From positions 30,718-94,717 of the forward strand of contig CAWFPH010000003.1 in assembly GCA_963817615.1 (NCBI GenBank): a stretch of DNA of 64,000 nt. Reading direction: 5' to 3'. A program made the translations under genes and the position numbers. Under the pieces are notes generated by a model. That model saw only the letters and a list, made by a program, of their open reading frames with translations. It was not told the DNA's origin and searched no databases. Shown piece after piece: positions 23,920 to 33,755 of this stretch. Within the stretch, counting starts at the first letter, position 1, and every line of letters begins with the position of its first letter. This DNA is from an uncultured Gammaproteobacteria bacterium. Its GTDB lineage: Bacteria; Pseudomonadota; Gammaproteobacteria; Steroidobacterales; Rariloculaceae.

Positions 23920-24059
23920 CGGCGCCGGTGCGAGAAGTCTTGCGAGCCCCGGCAAGCGTTGCCTCCGTTACGCGCCGACGCCGAGGCGATTCGGCTTGGG
24001 GAAACTGCTCACCGAGATACAAGCGGCCACATACGCCGGGTGAGCGGCAACGGCTTGGG

Positions 24060-25529
24060 CTAGCCGTTTGCGATGGACGCAATCTCGTGCGCCGCGATGT
24101 AGTCGACGTTCGCGCCTCCCGCGAAAGCGATCAGGCCGCTCTGCCGCACGGCTGACTCGAGCTCGCTCGCTCAGCACGATCTCGACCGGTGGCTGAACGG
24201 CTTGCCCGCCGCCGTCGTCGTAGACGGGCATCGGCAGGTCGGGTACCTCGAGCGCGCCATGGAGCGGCCAACGCCGGCGGTCGGTCGCGGCTGCGGTGCC
24301 AGCAGATACGCGCACGCGAAGGCCGGGATTGGCCCACAGAAAATGCTCTTTGCCGGGTCGGACCGGCAGCTCACGGAACGCGAACGAGTCGATCGAGTCC
24401 GTGCGCTTACCGAACGGTTGGCGCAGCAGGAAACGCGGCGTCGCGAGGCCGATCCAATTCGCCGCCGGGTGGCTGCGCACGTCGTTCCACAGCTGCGCCA
24501 GGTCCGAGTCGGCTGCCCAGTCCCACGGCGCTGTCGGCGTCGGCATCGGAGCGGCAACCGCATAGGCTCAGGTCGCCGTGCGCGAGAAGCGGAATTTCCG
24601 CGCGCCCCGCGATCGCGCCAACCGTCGTGAGTAGCAGCAGGTCTTCGGGATTCAGACCGAAGGTGTAGTCGGTGACGATCGACGTCCCAGTTCGCGTCGT
24701 CGACGCGTCCGTCGAGCAGAACGGATAGGGGCGCCGTGCCGAGACTGGTGGAGTGCGCATCGAGCTCGGCGCGCAACGCATCCTTCGCAAGGTCGACGAC
24801 ATACAGCTCCGCTTGGTCCTCCTCGAGCCGGCTGACGAGCCAATGCACGCTGCGCCAAGCGCGCTCGATGTCGCGAAAGTCCGGATGCGTCAATACCGCC
24901 CGCATTGCGCCCGTCAGCACGTCGAGCGCCTGCTGCCGGCGTTGCTTCGCCGTTGCCGAAGAGGGGCGAGCGTGCTCCCGAGCCGAGCGCATCGCGGATC
25001 AGCGATTGAACGACCTGCTTCGCCTTGCCGCCCTGCCGCTCGGAGGACGCTGACCCAGCAGTCTTTCGAGCAATTGCGTCTCCATCTTCTCGGCCTCGAG
25101 CGTCCGATTGTTCGGCCGGCGCCCGCGTAGTGGCTTCGGCCTGGCCGCCGTAGCGGCGATCCCAGTCGCGGAGCGCGGTTTCCTCCGTGAGCGGGTTCTC
25201 GAGGCGCCCGTAAAAGGTCAACGAGCTCTTGAAGCGCGCCGATGGCGGCGACCAGACGGTCGGGATGGAAATCCTGCAGCGCCGCGATCGCGAGCTTTCG
25301 TGTATCGCCACGGGGCCGTCGAGGCCGAGCGGATGCGCGGGTCGAACGCGGCGATTACGTCATCCAGGCTCTCCACCGAGACGCGGCGCGGGACGAGTGA
25401 TTCGGTCGGGTTCGACAATCGGCCCGAAAGGCCCGCGAGGATCAGCACCTGCAGCGGTCGCTCGCGGCGCGCGGCGCGGACGCCGGATCCACGACCCAGA
25501 CTGACCTCTAGCTGCGCGCGTCCGCTCAT
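24060..25529 (-). pseudogene. sheath-like paralogue: TssB-like N-terminus fused to TssC-like body, at least 6 frame changes
   Basis: N-terminus RAQLEVSL...PLQVLILAGLSGR...RRVSVESLDDVIAAFDPRI...LQDFHPDRL parallels TssB. Next, VLTHPDFRDIERAWRSVHWLV parallels the TssC motif ILHHPEFQQLEGAWRGLSYLV. Then WIGLATPRFLLRQPFGKRTDSIDSFAFRE...HFLWANPAFACAYLL...LPMPVYDD. Pieced from ORFs 25218..25529, 24652..25311, 24171..24992, 24407..24802 and 23968..24546. Confidence 0.6.
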
Positions 25530-25698
25530 GATGTAGACTAAGTGATTGAGACCTGCGTCTAAGTTAACTTACAATATTATTCAATAGCGTAGGTGGGGTA
25601 GTTAAAGTCGAATACGCTTCGAGGATGCTCGACGTAACGCTGCGTCCGTCGCTAGCGGCCAACTTGCATGATGGACCAACATCTTTGCGGAGTCACTC
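25530..25698. promoter_or_regulatory. AT-rich divergent intergenic region
   Basis: Local GC is far below the flanks (e.g. TAAGTTAACTTACAATATTATTCAATAGCG). Lies between the start of the minus-strand sheath-like gene and a plus-strand ORF. Confidence 0.3.
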
Positions 25699-25980
25699 AT
25701 GGCGCGTCCGACGATCGTTGACATCGACTACTATCGCTTTCGCCAAGCGTTGCGTCGCGCCACCGACTCTGGCGAGCGCATCGAGCCCGCGGACAAGAAA
25801 CGTTGGACGGATTGGGTTCGCGAGAATCGGATCAAGGAAGGCGCCTTCAGGTCGTTCGCCAACGGGAAGTACCAAGGCCTCGAGCCGGTGATCATCGACA
25901 ATAACGGCGAGTGGCGGGGCTACTATTTATTCTCCGAAGAGGAGGAAGCTTGCCTGAAGTGGGAGCGCAGCACGACTTGA
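25699..25980 (+). CDS. hypothetical small protein (93 aa)
   Basis: ATG preceded by GGAG 8 nt upstream. Lower GC than its surroundings. No recognisable family. Sits just upstream of the vgrG promoter candidate. Confidence 0.4.
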   Translation: MARPTIVDIDYYRFRQALRRATDSGERIEPADKKRWTDWVRENRIKEGAFRSFANGKYQGLEPVIIDNNGEWRGYYLFSEEEEACLKWERSTT

Positions 25981-25996
25981 TCGATCCCGAGCCCGG

Positions 25997-26024
25997 TTGA
26001 CACGCTCCGGGCCGTCCGTATAAG
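25997..26024 (+). promoter_or_regulatory. sigma70-type promoter candidate upstream of vgrG
   Basis: TTGACA (25997-26002), 16-nt spacer, TATAAG (26019-26024). About 100 nt upstream of the vgrG ATG. Confidence 0.45.
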
Positions 26025-26127
26025 TAGAAGCGTGCCGCCGTCTACGCGACGCCGACGAGTGCGGTACGCCTGGCACCGCAACAACAACGACAAACTGACG
26101 AGGCGCGGCCGATTTGCGGCCTATTTC

Positions 26128-28359
26128 ATGAGCAGCCAGCCGGTCCGCGTAAAGACGCCCCTCGGAGAGGATCTTGCTGTTCAGCGGCATGGAGCTTACG
26201 GAGGAGCTTGCGCGCCTGTACTACTGCGAGCTCGATCTCTTGAGCGCGAAGGAGGACATCGAGCTCGACGACGTGCTCGGCAAGGACGTGACGGTCGAGA
26301 TCGATCAACCGGACGCGGACACGCGTTATTTTCACGGGATCGTCACGGAATTTGCGCAGACGGGTCGTGAGGGCGACTATGCGCGTACACGGCGATCGTG
26401 CGTCCGTCATTGTGGTTCCTGACTCGCACCGCGGACTGCCGTATCTTTCAGGAGCTCAAGGCTCCGGAGATACTCAAGGAGGTATTCGACGATCACGGAT
26501 TTCCCGTGAAGTTCTCCCTGAGTGCCACCTATCGGAAGTGGGAGTACTGCGTGCAGTACCGCGAGACCGACTTCAACTTCGTGAGTCGGCTCATGGAGCA
26601 GGAAGGCATCTACTACTTCTTCGAGTACGAGTCCGGGAAAGCACACATTGGTACTCGCAGATGCCTACGGTGCCCACAACGCCATTCCGGGGTACGCGAA
26701 GATTCCGTACTTTCCCACCGTCCGCGAACGTCGTCCGCGAGCTGCATATTTACGATTGGCATTTGCGGCGCTCGGTGCAGTCCGGGGCTTATGTGCTGAA
26801 CGCGTTCCACTTCAAGAAGCCGCGCGCGGATCTCAAGGCGAACAGCTCCGTGTCGCGCGACCATGCATTGGCGGAGCACGAGGTCTACGACTACCCGGGC
26901 GAGTATTACGAGAAGTCGGAGGGTAACGAATACGCGCGCACGCGCATCGAGGAGCTCCAAGCGCAGTACGAGCGCGTTCGGGGCCAGACCAACGTGCGTG
27001 CGCTGTTCCCGGGCGGTCTATTCGAGCTCACGGACTATCCGCGGAAGGACCAAAACCGCGAATACCTCGTCTTGTCGACGCGCCACAGCTTGCACCTCGG
27101 CGACTATGGCAGCGCGGGCGGCGAGGGGCTCACGTATAGCTGTACATTTTCGGCGATGAGCAGCCGCGAGCCGTTTCGGCCGGAGCGGACCTCTCCGAAG
27201 GTGTTCGTGCAAGGGCCTCAGACCGCGATCGTCGTCGGGCCCGTCCGGAGAAGAGATTCACACGGACGAGTTCGGCCGGGTGAAGGTGCAATTTCATTGG
27301 GATCGCTACGGCAAGTCCGACGAGAACAGCTCCTGCTGGATACGCGTGGCGTCGGTGTGGGCCGGTAAGCAATGGGGCGGCATCGCGATCCCGCGAATCG
27401 GCCAAGAGGTCATCGTCGACTTCATCGAAGGGGATCCGGATCGCCCGATCATCACGGGCCGCGTCTACAACGCCGACAACAAGCCGCCGTACGACTTGCC
27501 GGCGAACAAGACGCAGAGCGGCATGAAGAGCCGCAGCTCGAAGGGCGGCTCGCCGGCGAATTTCAACGAAATCCGCTTTGAAGATCTGAAGGGCTCGGAG
27601 GAGATGTACATCCACGCCGAGAAGAACCAGACGATCATGGTCGAGAACGACAAGGCGGAGACGGTCGGCCACGATAACACGGAGAGTATCGGTCACAATG
27701 AAAAGATCGACGTCGGGAACAATCGCGATAAGACGGTCGGCGTGGACCAGTCGGAGAAGATCGGCAGCAACAAGACCATCTCGGTCGGCTCGAACCATAC
27801 CGAGACGATCGGCGCCAACAAGAAGCTCGATGTCGGGAGTAATCACACCGAAACCGTTGGCTCGAACATGACGATCACCGTGGGCTCGAACCTCACGGAG
27901 ACGGTGGCGATCAACTATGCGGAAACGGTCGGCGCGGCCATGGAGCTTACCGTGGGTGCCGCAATGACCGAGACGGTCGGCGCGAACAAGACCCAGACGA
28001 TCGGCCACGACAAGTCCGAGACGATCGCCGCGAACAAGACCGTGAGCGTCGGCAAGGACGAATCGGTCACGATCGGCAAGAACGCCTCCGCGAGCATCGG
28101 CGAGTCGCGAACGTTGTCGGTCGCCAAGGATCAGAACGTCGACATCGGCAAGAATCTCGTGATCAACGCCGGTGACGCGATCACTATCCAGACCGGCAGC
28201 GCGACGATTTCGATGAAGAAGGACGGCACGATCTCGATCAAGGGCAAGGACATCACGATCGAAGGCAGCGGCAAGATCAACGTGAAGGCGTCCAGCGACG
28301 TCACGATCAAGGGATCGAAGAGTGCTGCAGAACTGATTGGACGAGTATGCGGAGGCTGA
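26128..28359 (+). pseudogene. vgrG: VgrG spike protein, about 6 frame changes
   Basis: Colinear VgrG sequence across 6 ORF pieces: RYFHGIVTEFAQTG; LWFLTRTADCRIFQ; YCVQYRETDFNFVSRLMEQEGIYYFFE; GPQTAIVVGP; GRVKVQFHWDRYGKSDENSSCWIRVASVWAGKQWGGIAIPRIGQEVIVDFIEGDPDRPIITGRVYN. A gp5-like beta-helix follows. Changes near 26168, 26385, 26645, 26715, 27245. A probable change near 28320 would give the typical end GSK-VLQN* at 28336. Confidence 0.9.
27658..28179 (+). repeat. VgrG beta-helix: degenerate tandem 24-nt (8-aa) coding repeats
   Basis: About 20 units of x-x-x-T/S-x-x-V/I-G (ETVGHDNT ESIGHNEK IDVGNNRD KTVGVDQS EKIGSNKT ISVGSNHT ETIGANKK ...). This is protein-structural periodicity, not a CRISPR array. 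Confidence 0.7.
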
Positions 28360-28363
28360 GGAG

Positions 28364-28878
28364 ATGAGTCCGTTGGGGTTGGATCAAGTCGAAGCGAGAG
28401 GAAACGATGCGGCGCAAGAGCCGGAGGTTGCGCCGGCCCAGGCTGACCGAATCGCCGGCGTAGTGCTCGGCACCTTGATCGGTTTCAAGGACGGCGGGCG
28501 AACGCCGCTCGTGTTGTTCCCCGGCCAGACGAGCAGCGGCGGCCGTCGCCGCGCGCACGACCGTCGACTTGCACGGTGCGCACATCGGCGGGCCGGTCGT
28601 GCTGATGTTCGAGAACGGCGAGCCGGATCGCCCGATCGTGCTGGGCCGGCTGCGTCAGGACGAGGGCTGGCCGCTCGACGAGCGGCCCGGAAGCGTCGAA
28701 GTGCAGGCCGATGGCGAGCGGCTCGTCGTCGGCGGCGAAGCAGCAGCTCGTGCTGCGCTGCGGCAGCGCGAGCATCACGCTGACCAGGGCCGGTAAGGTG
28801 CTGATCCAGGGGACGTTCGTGCTGCACCGCTCGTCGGGGGTGATGCGGATCAAGGGTGGGTCGATTCAGCTCAACTGA
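28364..28878 (+). pseudogene. DUF6484-like protein (PA0096-like position), 2 frame changes
   Basis: SD GGAGGCTGAGGAG then ATG. IAGVVLGTLIGFKDGGRTPLVLFPGQ / VDLHGAHIGGPVVLMFENGEPDRPIVLGRL / QQLVLRCGSASITLTRAGKVLIQG...IQLN*. Changes near 28540 and 28735. Confidence 0.6.
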
Positions 28879-28918
28879 GCGGAGCGCTTGGACGCGAGCG
28901 GCAGGGTCGGGAGAGCGC

Positions 28919-30026
28919 GTGGAGCTCATCAACGCAACGCGGATGTTGGCCGGTTACACGATGGGCCTGGAGCCCAGCGGGCGCGAGCTGCTCGTCGTGG
29001 TGATCAAGGGAACGTTCCGTTTGCCCGTCAGCCGCCGAGGAGCAACTGCGACTGCACGAGGAGCAGCTGCCGCTCGTGATGGCCGACACGTTCACCGGTG
29101 CGCCGGGATTTCTCGGCCCGATGCACGAGGCGGACTTCGTGCCGCGCAAGAAACAGGTCGACGTACTTTTGCTCGGCAGCGCCTACGCGCCAGGCGGCCG
29201 GCCCGCAACGACGGTGCCGGTCGGACTGCGGGTGAACGGCATCACGAAGACGTTCGCCGTGGTCGGCGACCGGCAGTGGGATGCGGGCATCTCGGGTCTC
29301 GGCATCAGCCCGGCGCAGCCGTTCACGAAAATGCCGATCAGCTACGACCGCGCATTCGGCGGCGTGGATGACCGGAACGAGGACCCCGCGAAGCACGCGG
29401 CGTTCATGCGCAACCCGGTGGGCCGGGGGTTTCGCAAGCACTCCTCGAACGAGCTGCTGACCGGCACGCCGTTGCCGAATACGCAGGAGCTCAACCGCGC
29501 GGTGTCGAGCCCGGACGCCGACTACGCCCCGATGAGCTTCGGCCCGATCGGCCGCGGCTGGGAACCGCGCTACCGCTACGCCGGCACCTACGATGACGAG
29601 TGGCTCGAGAAGCACTTTCCGTTCTTGCCGCCCGACTTCGATGAGCAGTATTACCAGTCGGCGCCGCTCGACCAGCGCTTCGCAGGACCGTTGGGCGGCC
29701 ACGAAGTGACGCTCGTCAATCTCACGCCGGACGGCCGGCGCGAGCTTCAAGATCCCGGCGTTCGAGGCGCCGGTCGTGGTGTTCCCGAAGAGGGGCGAGC
29801 GCGAGGATCTCACCGCGACGCTCGACACGCTCGTGCTCGAGCCCGACGAGGAGCGGCTCACGATGACGTGGCGTCGTAGCGCGGCCGCTCAAGAGGAACA
29901 TGTTCGAGATCGCGCAGGTGCTCGTCGGCAAGAAGGGCAGGGAGTGGTGGCAGCTGCGGGAGGAGGTCACGTTTCCGATTCCCGATCGTGGTCGAGCCGA
30001 TGGTGCGGCCGACGGAAACCGCCTGA
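28919..30026 (+). pseudogene. DUF2169 family T6SS adaptor-like protein, about 4 frame changes
   Basis: GTG start, then (M)ELINATRMLAGYTMGLEPSGRELLVVVIKGTFRLP... and KKQVDVLLLGSAYAPGGRP...FAVVGDRQW, typical of DUF2169. Changes near 29035, 29740, 29875, 29985. Confidence 0.8.
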
Positions 30027-30036
30027 GCGTCAGCCG

Positions 30037-31068
30037 ATGCCTGCACCGCCCATTGCGATTCGCTCCGTCGGACTCGTCACCTCCGTCGGCTTGAGCGCGC
30101 CGGCGGCCTGCGCTGCGATGCGCTGCAAGATCAGCAACCCCAGCGAGACGCGGTTCATCGATTCGGCTGGCGAGTGGATCATGGCGCATAGCGTGCCGCT
30201 CGAGAACGCCGTGGCGCGGCTTGACAAAGCTCGCGAAGATGGCGGCGCTTGCTATCGATGAGTGTCTCTCCGAGGTTCCGCCGGAGAAATATGCCGCGTT
30301 GCCGTTGTTGCTCTGTGTCGCGGAGCGGGAGCGGCCGGGCCGGCTCGATGGACTCGACGATCGACTTTTCGACGACATTGCGAGCGGAGCTGAGATATGT
30401 GTTTCGCACGCGACGTCGGCCGTGATTGCGAACGGACGCGTGAGCGTTGCGGTTGCTCTCGCTCATGCGCGGCGAATGATCTCATGAGCAGCGAGTGCCG
30501 CAAGTACTTGATCGCGGCCACCGATTCGCTACTCACGTGGCCGACGTTGTCGCACTTCGAGCGCAACGATCGCTTGCTCACAGCGCAGAATTCGAACGGT
30601 TTCATGCCCGGAGAAGGGGCTGGCGCGTTACTCATCGCGGTGCCCAAGGGCGGAGAGGAGCTGCTCTGCACCGGACTGGGATTCGGCGTCGAGAAGGCGC
30701 ACATCGATTCGGGCGAGCCGTTGCGCGCCGATGGCCTCACGACAGCGGTCAAGGCATCGCTCGCGGACGCCGGGCGCAATATGCACGACTTCGATTTCCG
30801 GATCACGGACATCTCTGGGGAGCAGTACTACTTCAAGGAAGCGTCTCTGACGTTGGGTCGGACGCTCCGCAAGCGCAAGGAGGAATTCGACCTCTGGCAT
30901 CCCGCCGAGTGTATCGGAGAGAGTGGCGCCCTAGCCGGGATGCCGGTCGTGGGATTGGCTGACGCGGCGTGCCGCAAACGGTACGCGCCTGGTCCGAATA
31001 TCGTCGCTCACCTCGCGAACGACGCTGGCGAGCGTGCGTCCATGGCTCTCCAATTTCGCGCGAGCTAG
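30037..31068 (+). pseudogene. beta-ketoacyl-synthase-like (thiolase-fold) protein, PA0098-like, 2 frame changes
   Basis: MPAPPIAIRSVGLVTSVGLSAPAACAAMRCKISNPSETRF... is a KAS-type N-terminus. Later NGFMPGEGAGALLIA and ITDISGEQYYFKE...LWHPAECIGESGALAG. Changes near 30222 and 30480. Confidence 0.7.
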
Positions 31069-31070
31069 CG

Positions 31071-31314
31071 ATGGGCAACCAGGTCTACGCGAACACGATT
31101 GGAGATATGGTGCAAGGCCGCGACCGATCTGCAGCTTCCCGACGTGTGCCTCAGACCGGCCGCAGTTCCTGCGACTTCGCCGGGCGGGGCTTCGGATGCG
31201 ACGGACGGCTCGACAAGCGTGAAGAGCTCCGGTCAGGAGGTGATGCTCAAAAACAAGTCTCACTTCAAATGTCGCCTGTGTGATGACGGCGGGGGTGTGC
31301 CTTTGCGAAAGTGA
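31071..31314 (+). pseudogene. remnant of a DUF4150 (PAAR-like) gene N-terminus
   Basis: MGNQVYAN...(frame change)...KAATDLQLPDVCLRPAAVPATSPG--ASDATDGSTSVKSSGQEVMLKNKS aligns with residues 1 to about 85 of the intact gene at 31659 (MANKVFAN...KAASGKSICAFPDVCMTPPQTPATPPGVPIPYPNTALASDTTDGSSTVKISGQEVVLKNNS). It has an internal deletion and is truncated near 31310. Confidence 0.6.
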
Positions 31315-31605
31315 TGGGCTCGTGCACGCGATTAAAGACGCTCCGCCCGATGCACGATGCGACGCGCACGTCTTTTGGTTTCCGATTCCGGATATGTCGG
31401 GCGAACAGTACTACTTCAAAGAAGCGGTACGTGCTTGGGTTGCGTACTCCGACAGAAGAAGGCAAAAAAGGAGAAGTTCGATATCTGGCATCCGGCTGAA
31501 GCCATCGGCGAAACGGCTGCAATGATCGGTATTGTCGTGCTCGCCGTGGCCGATGCGGTCTGCCGCAAGGGCAATGCGCCGGGAGGCGACATACTGGCCC
31601 CGTAG
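31310..31605 (+). pseudogene. remnant of the C-terminal third of a KAS-like gene (second copy)
   Basis: DGLVHAIKDA...DMSGEQYYFKEA...KKEKFDIWHPAEAIGETAAMIGIVVLAVADAVCRKGNAPGGDILAP* aligns with DGLTTAVKAS...DISGEQYYFKEA...RKEEFDLWHPAECIGESGALAGMPVVGLADAACRKRYAPGPNIVAH of 30037..31068. Lacks an N-terminus and has at least 2 frame changes. Confidence 0.6.
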
Positions 31606-31658
31606 ATCGAACGACAGCAGCCTGCGCGCGCCATCGGTTTGGCGCTGAGGATTTCCGA

Positions 31659-32831
31659 TTGGCCAATAAAGTCTTCGCGAACAACATGGAAGTCGCCTGC
31701 AAGGCGGCAAGCGGTAAGTCCATTTGCGCCTTCCCGGACGTTTGCATGACTCCGCCGCAGACTCCCGCGACACCGCCGGGTGTGCCGATTCCGTATCCCA
31801 ACACAGCGCTCGCCTCGGATACGACAGACGGATCGAGCACCGTGAAGATTTCCGGCCAAGAGGTCGTACTCAAGAACAACTCCTGCTTGAAGCGAAGCAG
31901 CGGCGACGAAGCAGGTTGTGCCCCGCAGAAGGGGGTCATGAACAGTCAGAACATGGGCAAAGTTTTCTTCGTGCAGTGGTCGATGGATGTGAAAGTCGAA
32001 GGAGAGAATGTTGCGCGCCACCTCGATCTCACGACTCACAACCATGGTTCGAATGCGAACGAGGCGGCGCCTTGGCCCTATATCGATACACTGAACATGC
32101 CGGCGGACCATCCGTGCAAGAAGTCTGTGGATGAAGAGAAAGCAGCGTGTGATCCAAACAAGACTCCGCCTGGGTCCAGTGCAAGAGCGGATGGCCGGGG
32201 TTTGAATTGCACGCCGGCGTGCGCCAAGGCGAGGGCCTGTGCCTTGCCCAAGAAGAAGGATGACAAGAAGACTTGCTGCGCTCCTAATAGCACGGGAGAT
32301 CATCTGGTAGAGGTTGCCTCCTTCACACAAACCGGTGGGCGCGGCGGGCTGGACATCGGCTCCTTCGACAGCCTTGCGCAAGCCGGTATCTCCGTCTCAG
32401 CACCGAATCGTCCTGCGAGTACCGGCGGTTTCCAAGACTCGGTGGACCTCGCCAGCCCCAAGAGCAGACCCCGACGGTTGTCCGATTTCGAAGACTACGA
32501 CGACGAAGAAGCACCGACAGCGTGTGTACGACCGCCCGGAGCGGGCACGAACCACAATCGCATGCAGGCACACCGCGATTCGATTAAACGCAGCCATCGC
32601 ACCGGCAACGGCGGAGTGCCATTGCATGTATTCCCCACAGGCGAAGAGTCACATTGGACATACGACGATGCGGCCAAGGCAGGCGTGGCGTCGCACCAGC
32701 GCGAGAATCCGCATTGCAATCCGGAGTGCACGCGAAAGCAACTCGACGCGTATCACCATGAGGTGATTCCGGGAGACAAGCCAGCGGAGAAGAACGCGAC
32801 ACCAGTGCGGACTTACATCCCGAGGAATTGA
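31659..32831 (+). CDS. DUF4150 (PAAR-like) T6SS effector with C-terminal toxin domain, Tse7-like architecture
   Basis: Intact 390 aa. TTG start supported by a GAGGA SD 7 nt upstream and by homology with the ATG of the remnant copy. N-terminus is the DUF4150 PAAR-like fold (to about ...DLTTHNHGSN), followed by a Cys-rich linker. The C-domain has His-rich motifs (TGDHLVEV, NHNRMQAH). Confidence 0.8.
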   Translation: MANKVFANNMEVACKAASGKSICAFPDVCMTPPQTPATPPGVPIPYPNTALASDTTDGSSTVKISGQEVVLKNNSCLKRSSGDEAGCAPQKGVMNSQNMGKVFFVQWSMDVKVEGENVARHLDLTTHNHGSNANEAAPWPYIDTLNMPADHPCKKSVDEEKAACDPNKTPPGSSARADGRGLNCTPACAKARACALPKKKDDKKTCCAPNSTGDHLVEVASFTQTGGRGGLDIGSFDSLAQAGISVSAPNRPASTGGFQDSVDLASPKSRPRRLSDFEDYDDEEAPTACVRPPGAGTNHNRMQAHRDSIKRSHRTGNGGVPLHVFPTGEESHWTYDDAAKAGVASHQRENPHCNPECTRKQLDAYHHEVIPGDKPAEKNATPVRTYIPRN

Positions 32832-33736
32832 ATGTGATCTCATCATCCATCACAGATGGCATCTCGCTGGGGCCGGGACGGAGTGTCGTGGCGATTCAGC
32901 CCTACGATTCCGATGCGAGTGAAGTCGAGTTCGAAAGTATCGTGCTGATTGTCGCGGACGGGGAGGTGCGTTCGACTCTGAAACCACCGTTTGTGGTCTC
33001 GAGTATCGTCGAAAGTACGACAGGGGAAATATTGATGCTCGGTCGCTTGGGTCACGTCGCCTTGCTCACGAACGACGCGTTCGATGAAGAGCGGATCAGC
33101 GGCCCAGACGCGTTGGGTTTCCTCACCGACATTCGAGCTATTGGACAGGCAATCTACGCGACTGGAATGCGTCGCCAGGTGTACGTCCGCAAAGGAAGCA
33201 GTTGGACGAGGGCCGATGTAGGCGTTCGCGATGAGAGTAATAGCGTTGAGCACGTAACCGGGTTCCGCTCGATAGACGGGCCGTCGTCACAGGACATCTA
33301 CGCAGTCGGTCTAGATGGTGAGATATGGAATTGTCTCGCGGGTGTCTGGCAAGCAGTGCAGTCACCGACCAACGTGATCTTGGAACAGGTGCGGTTGGGT
33401 GGGCAGGGCGAAGTGTATGCAGCGGGACAGGCCGGCGTTCTCTTGCGTGGAGTACGGCATGCATGGTCCGTCATCGAGCAGCTGCAGACGGAGGAAGATT
33501 TCTGGGGGCTGGAGTGGTTCAACGGCGCTCTGTATGTTGCAACAGGAGCAGAAGTGTTTCGTCTGCTGCCGAGTGAGTCGCAATTGGCGCGCGTAGAGAC
33601 TGGCGGAGCTTCGTTCGCGAGGTTGCGAGCAGGGCACGCCGCGCTCTGGTCGTTCGGACCGGACGACGTCCGCTGGACCGCCGATGGCAGGACGTGGCAT
33701 CACGTGGCAATTCCAAAGGCCCATCGACTTCCGTAG
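32828..33736 (+). CDS. candidate cognate immunity protein (repeat-rich, possibly beta-propeller-like)
   Basis: 302 aa. Start overlaps the effector stop (TTGA). No signal peptide. Repeated D-I-Y-A-V/G-G...G-x-V/I-Y-A-x-G motifs suggest propeller blades. Low GC, like the effector. Confidence 0.55.
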   Translation: MNVISSSITDGISLGPGRSVVAIQPYDSDASEVEFESIVLIVADGEVRSTLKPPFVVSSIVESTTGEILMLGRLGHVALLTNDAFDEERISGPDALGFLTDIRAIGQAIYATGMRRQVYVRKGSSWTRADVGVRDESNSVEHVTGFRSIDGPSSQDIYAVGLDGEIWNCLAGVWQAVQSPTNVILEQVRLGGQGEVYAAGQAGVLLRGVRHAWSVIEQLQTEEDFWGLEWFNGALYVATGAEVFRLLPSESQLARVETGGASFARLRAGHAALWSFGPDDVRWTADGRTWHHVAIPKAHRLP

Positions 33737-33755
33737 CTATACATCAGAAAAGACA

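Noticed and set aside
27658-28179. Regular 24-nt periodicity that could be mistaken for a repeat array or CRISPR.
   Set aside because: The units are contiguous with no spacers, are degenerate, and are in frame. They encode the VgrG gp5-like beta-helix.
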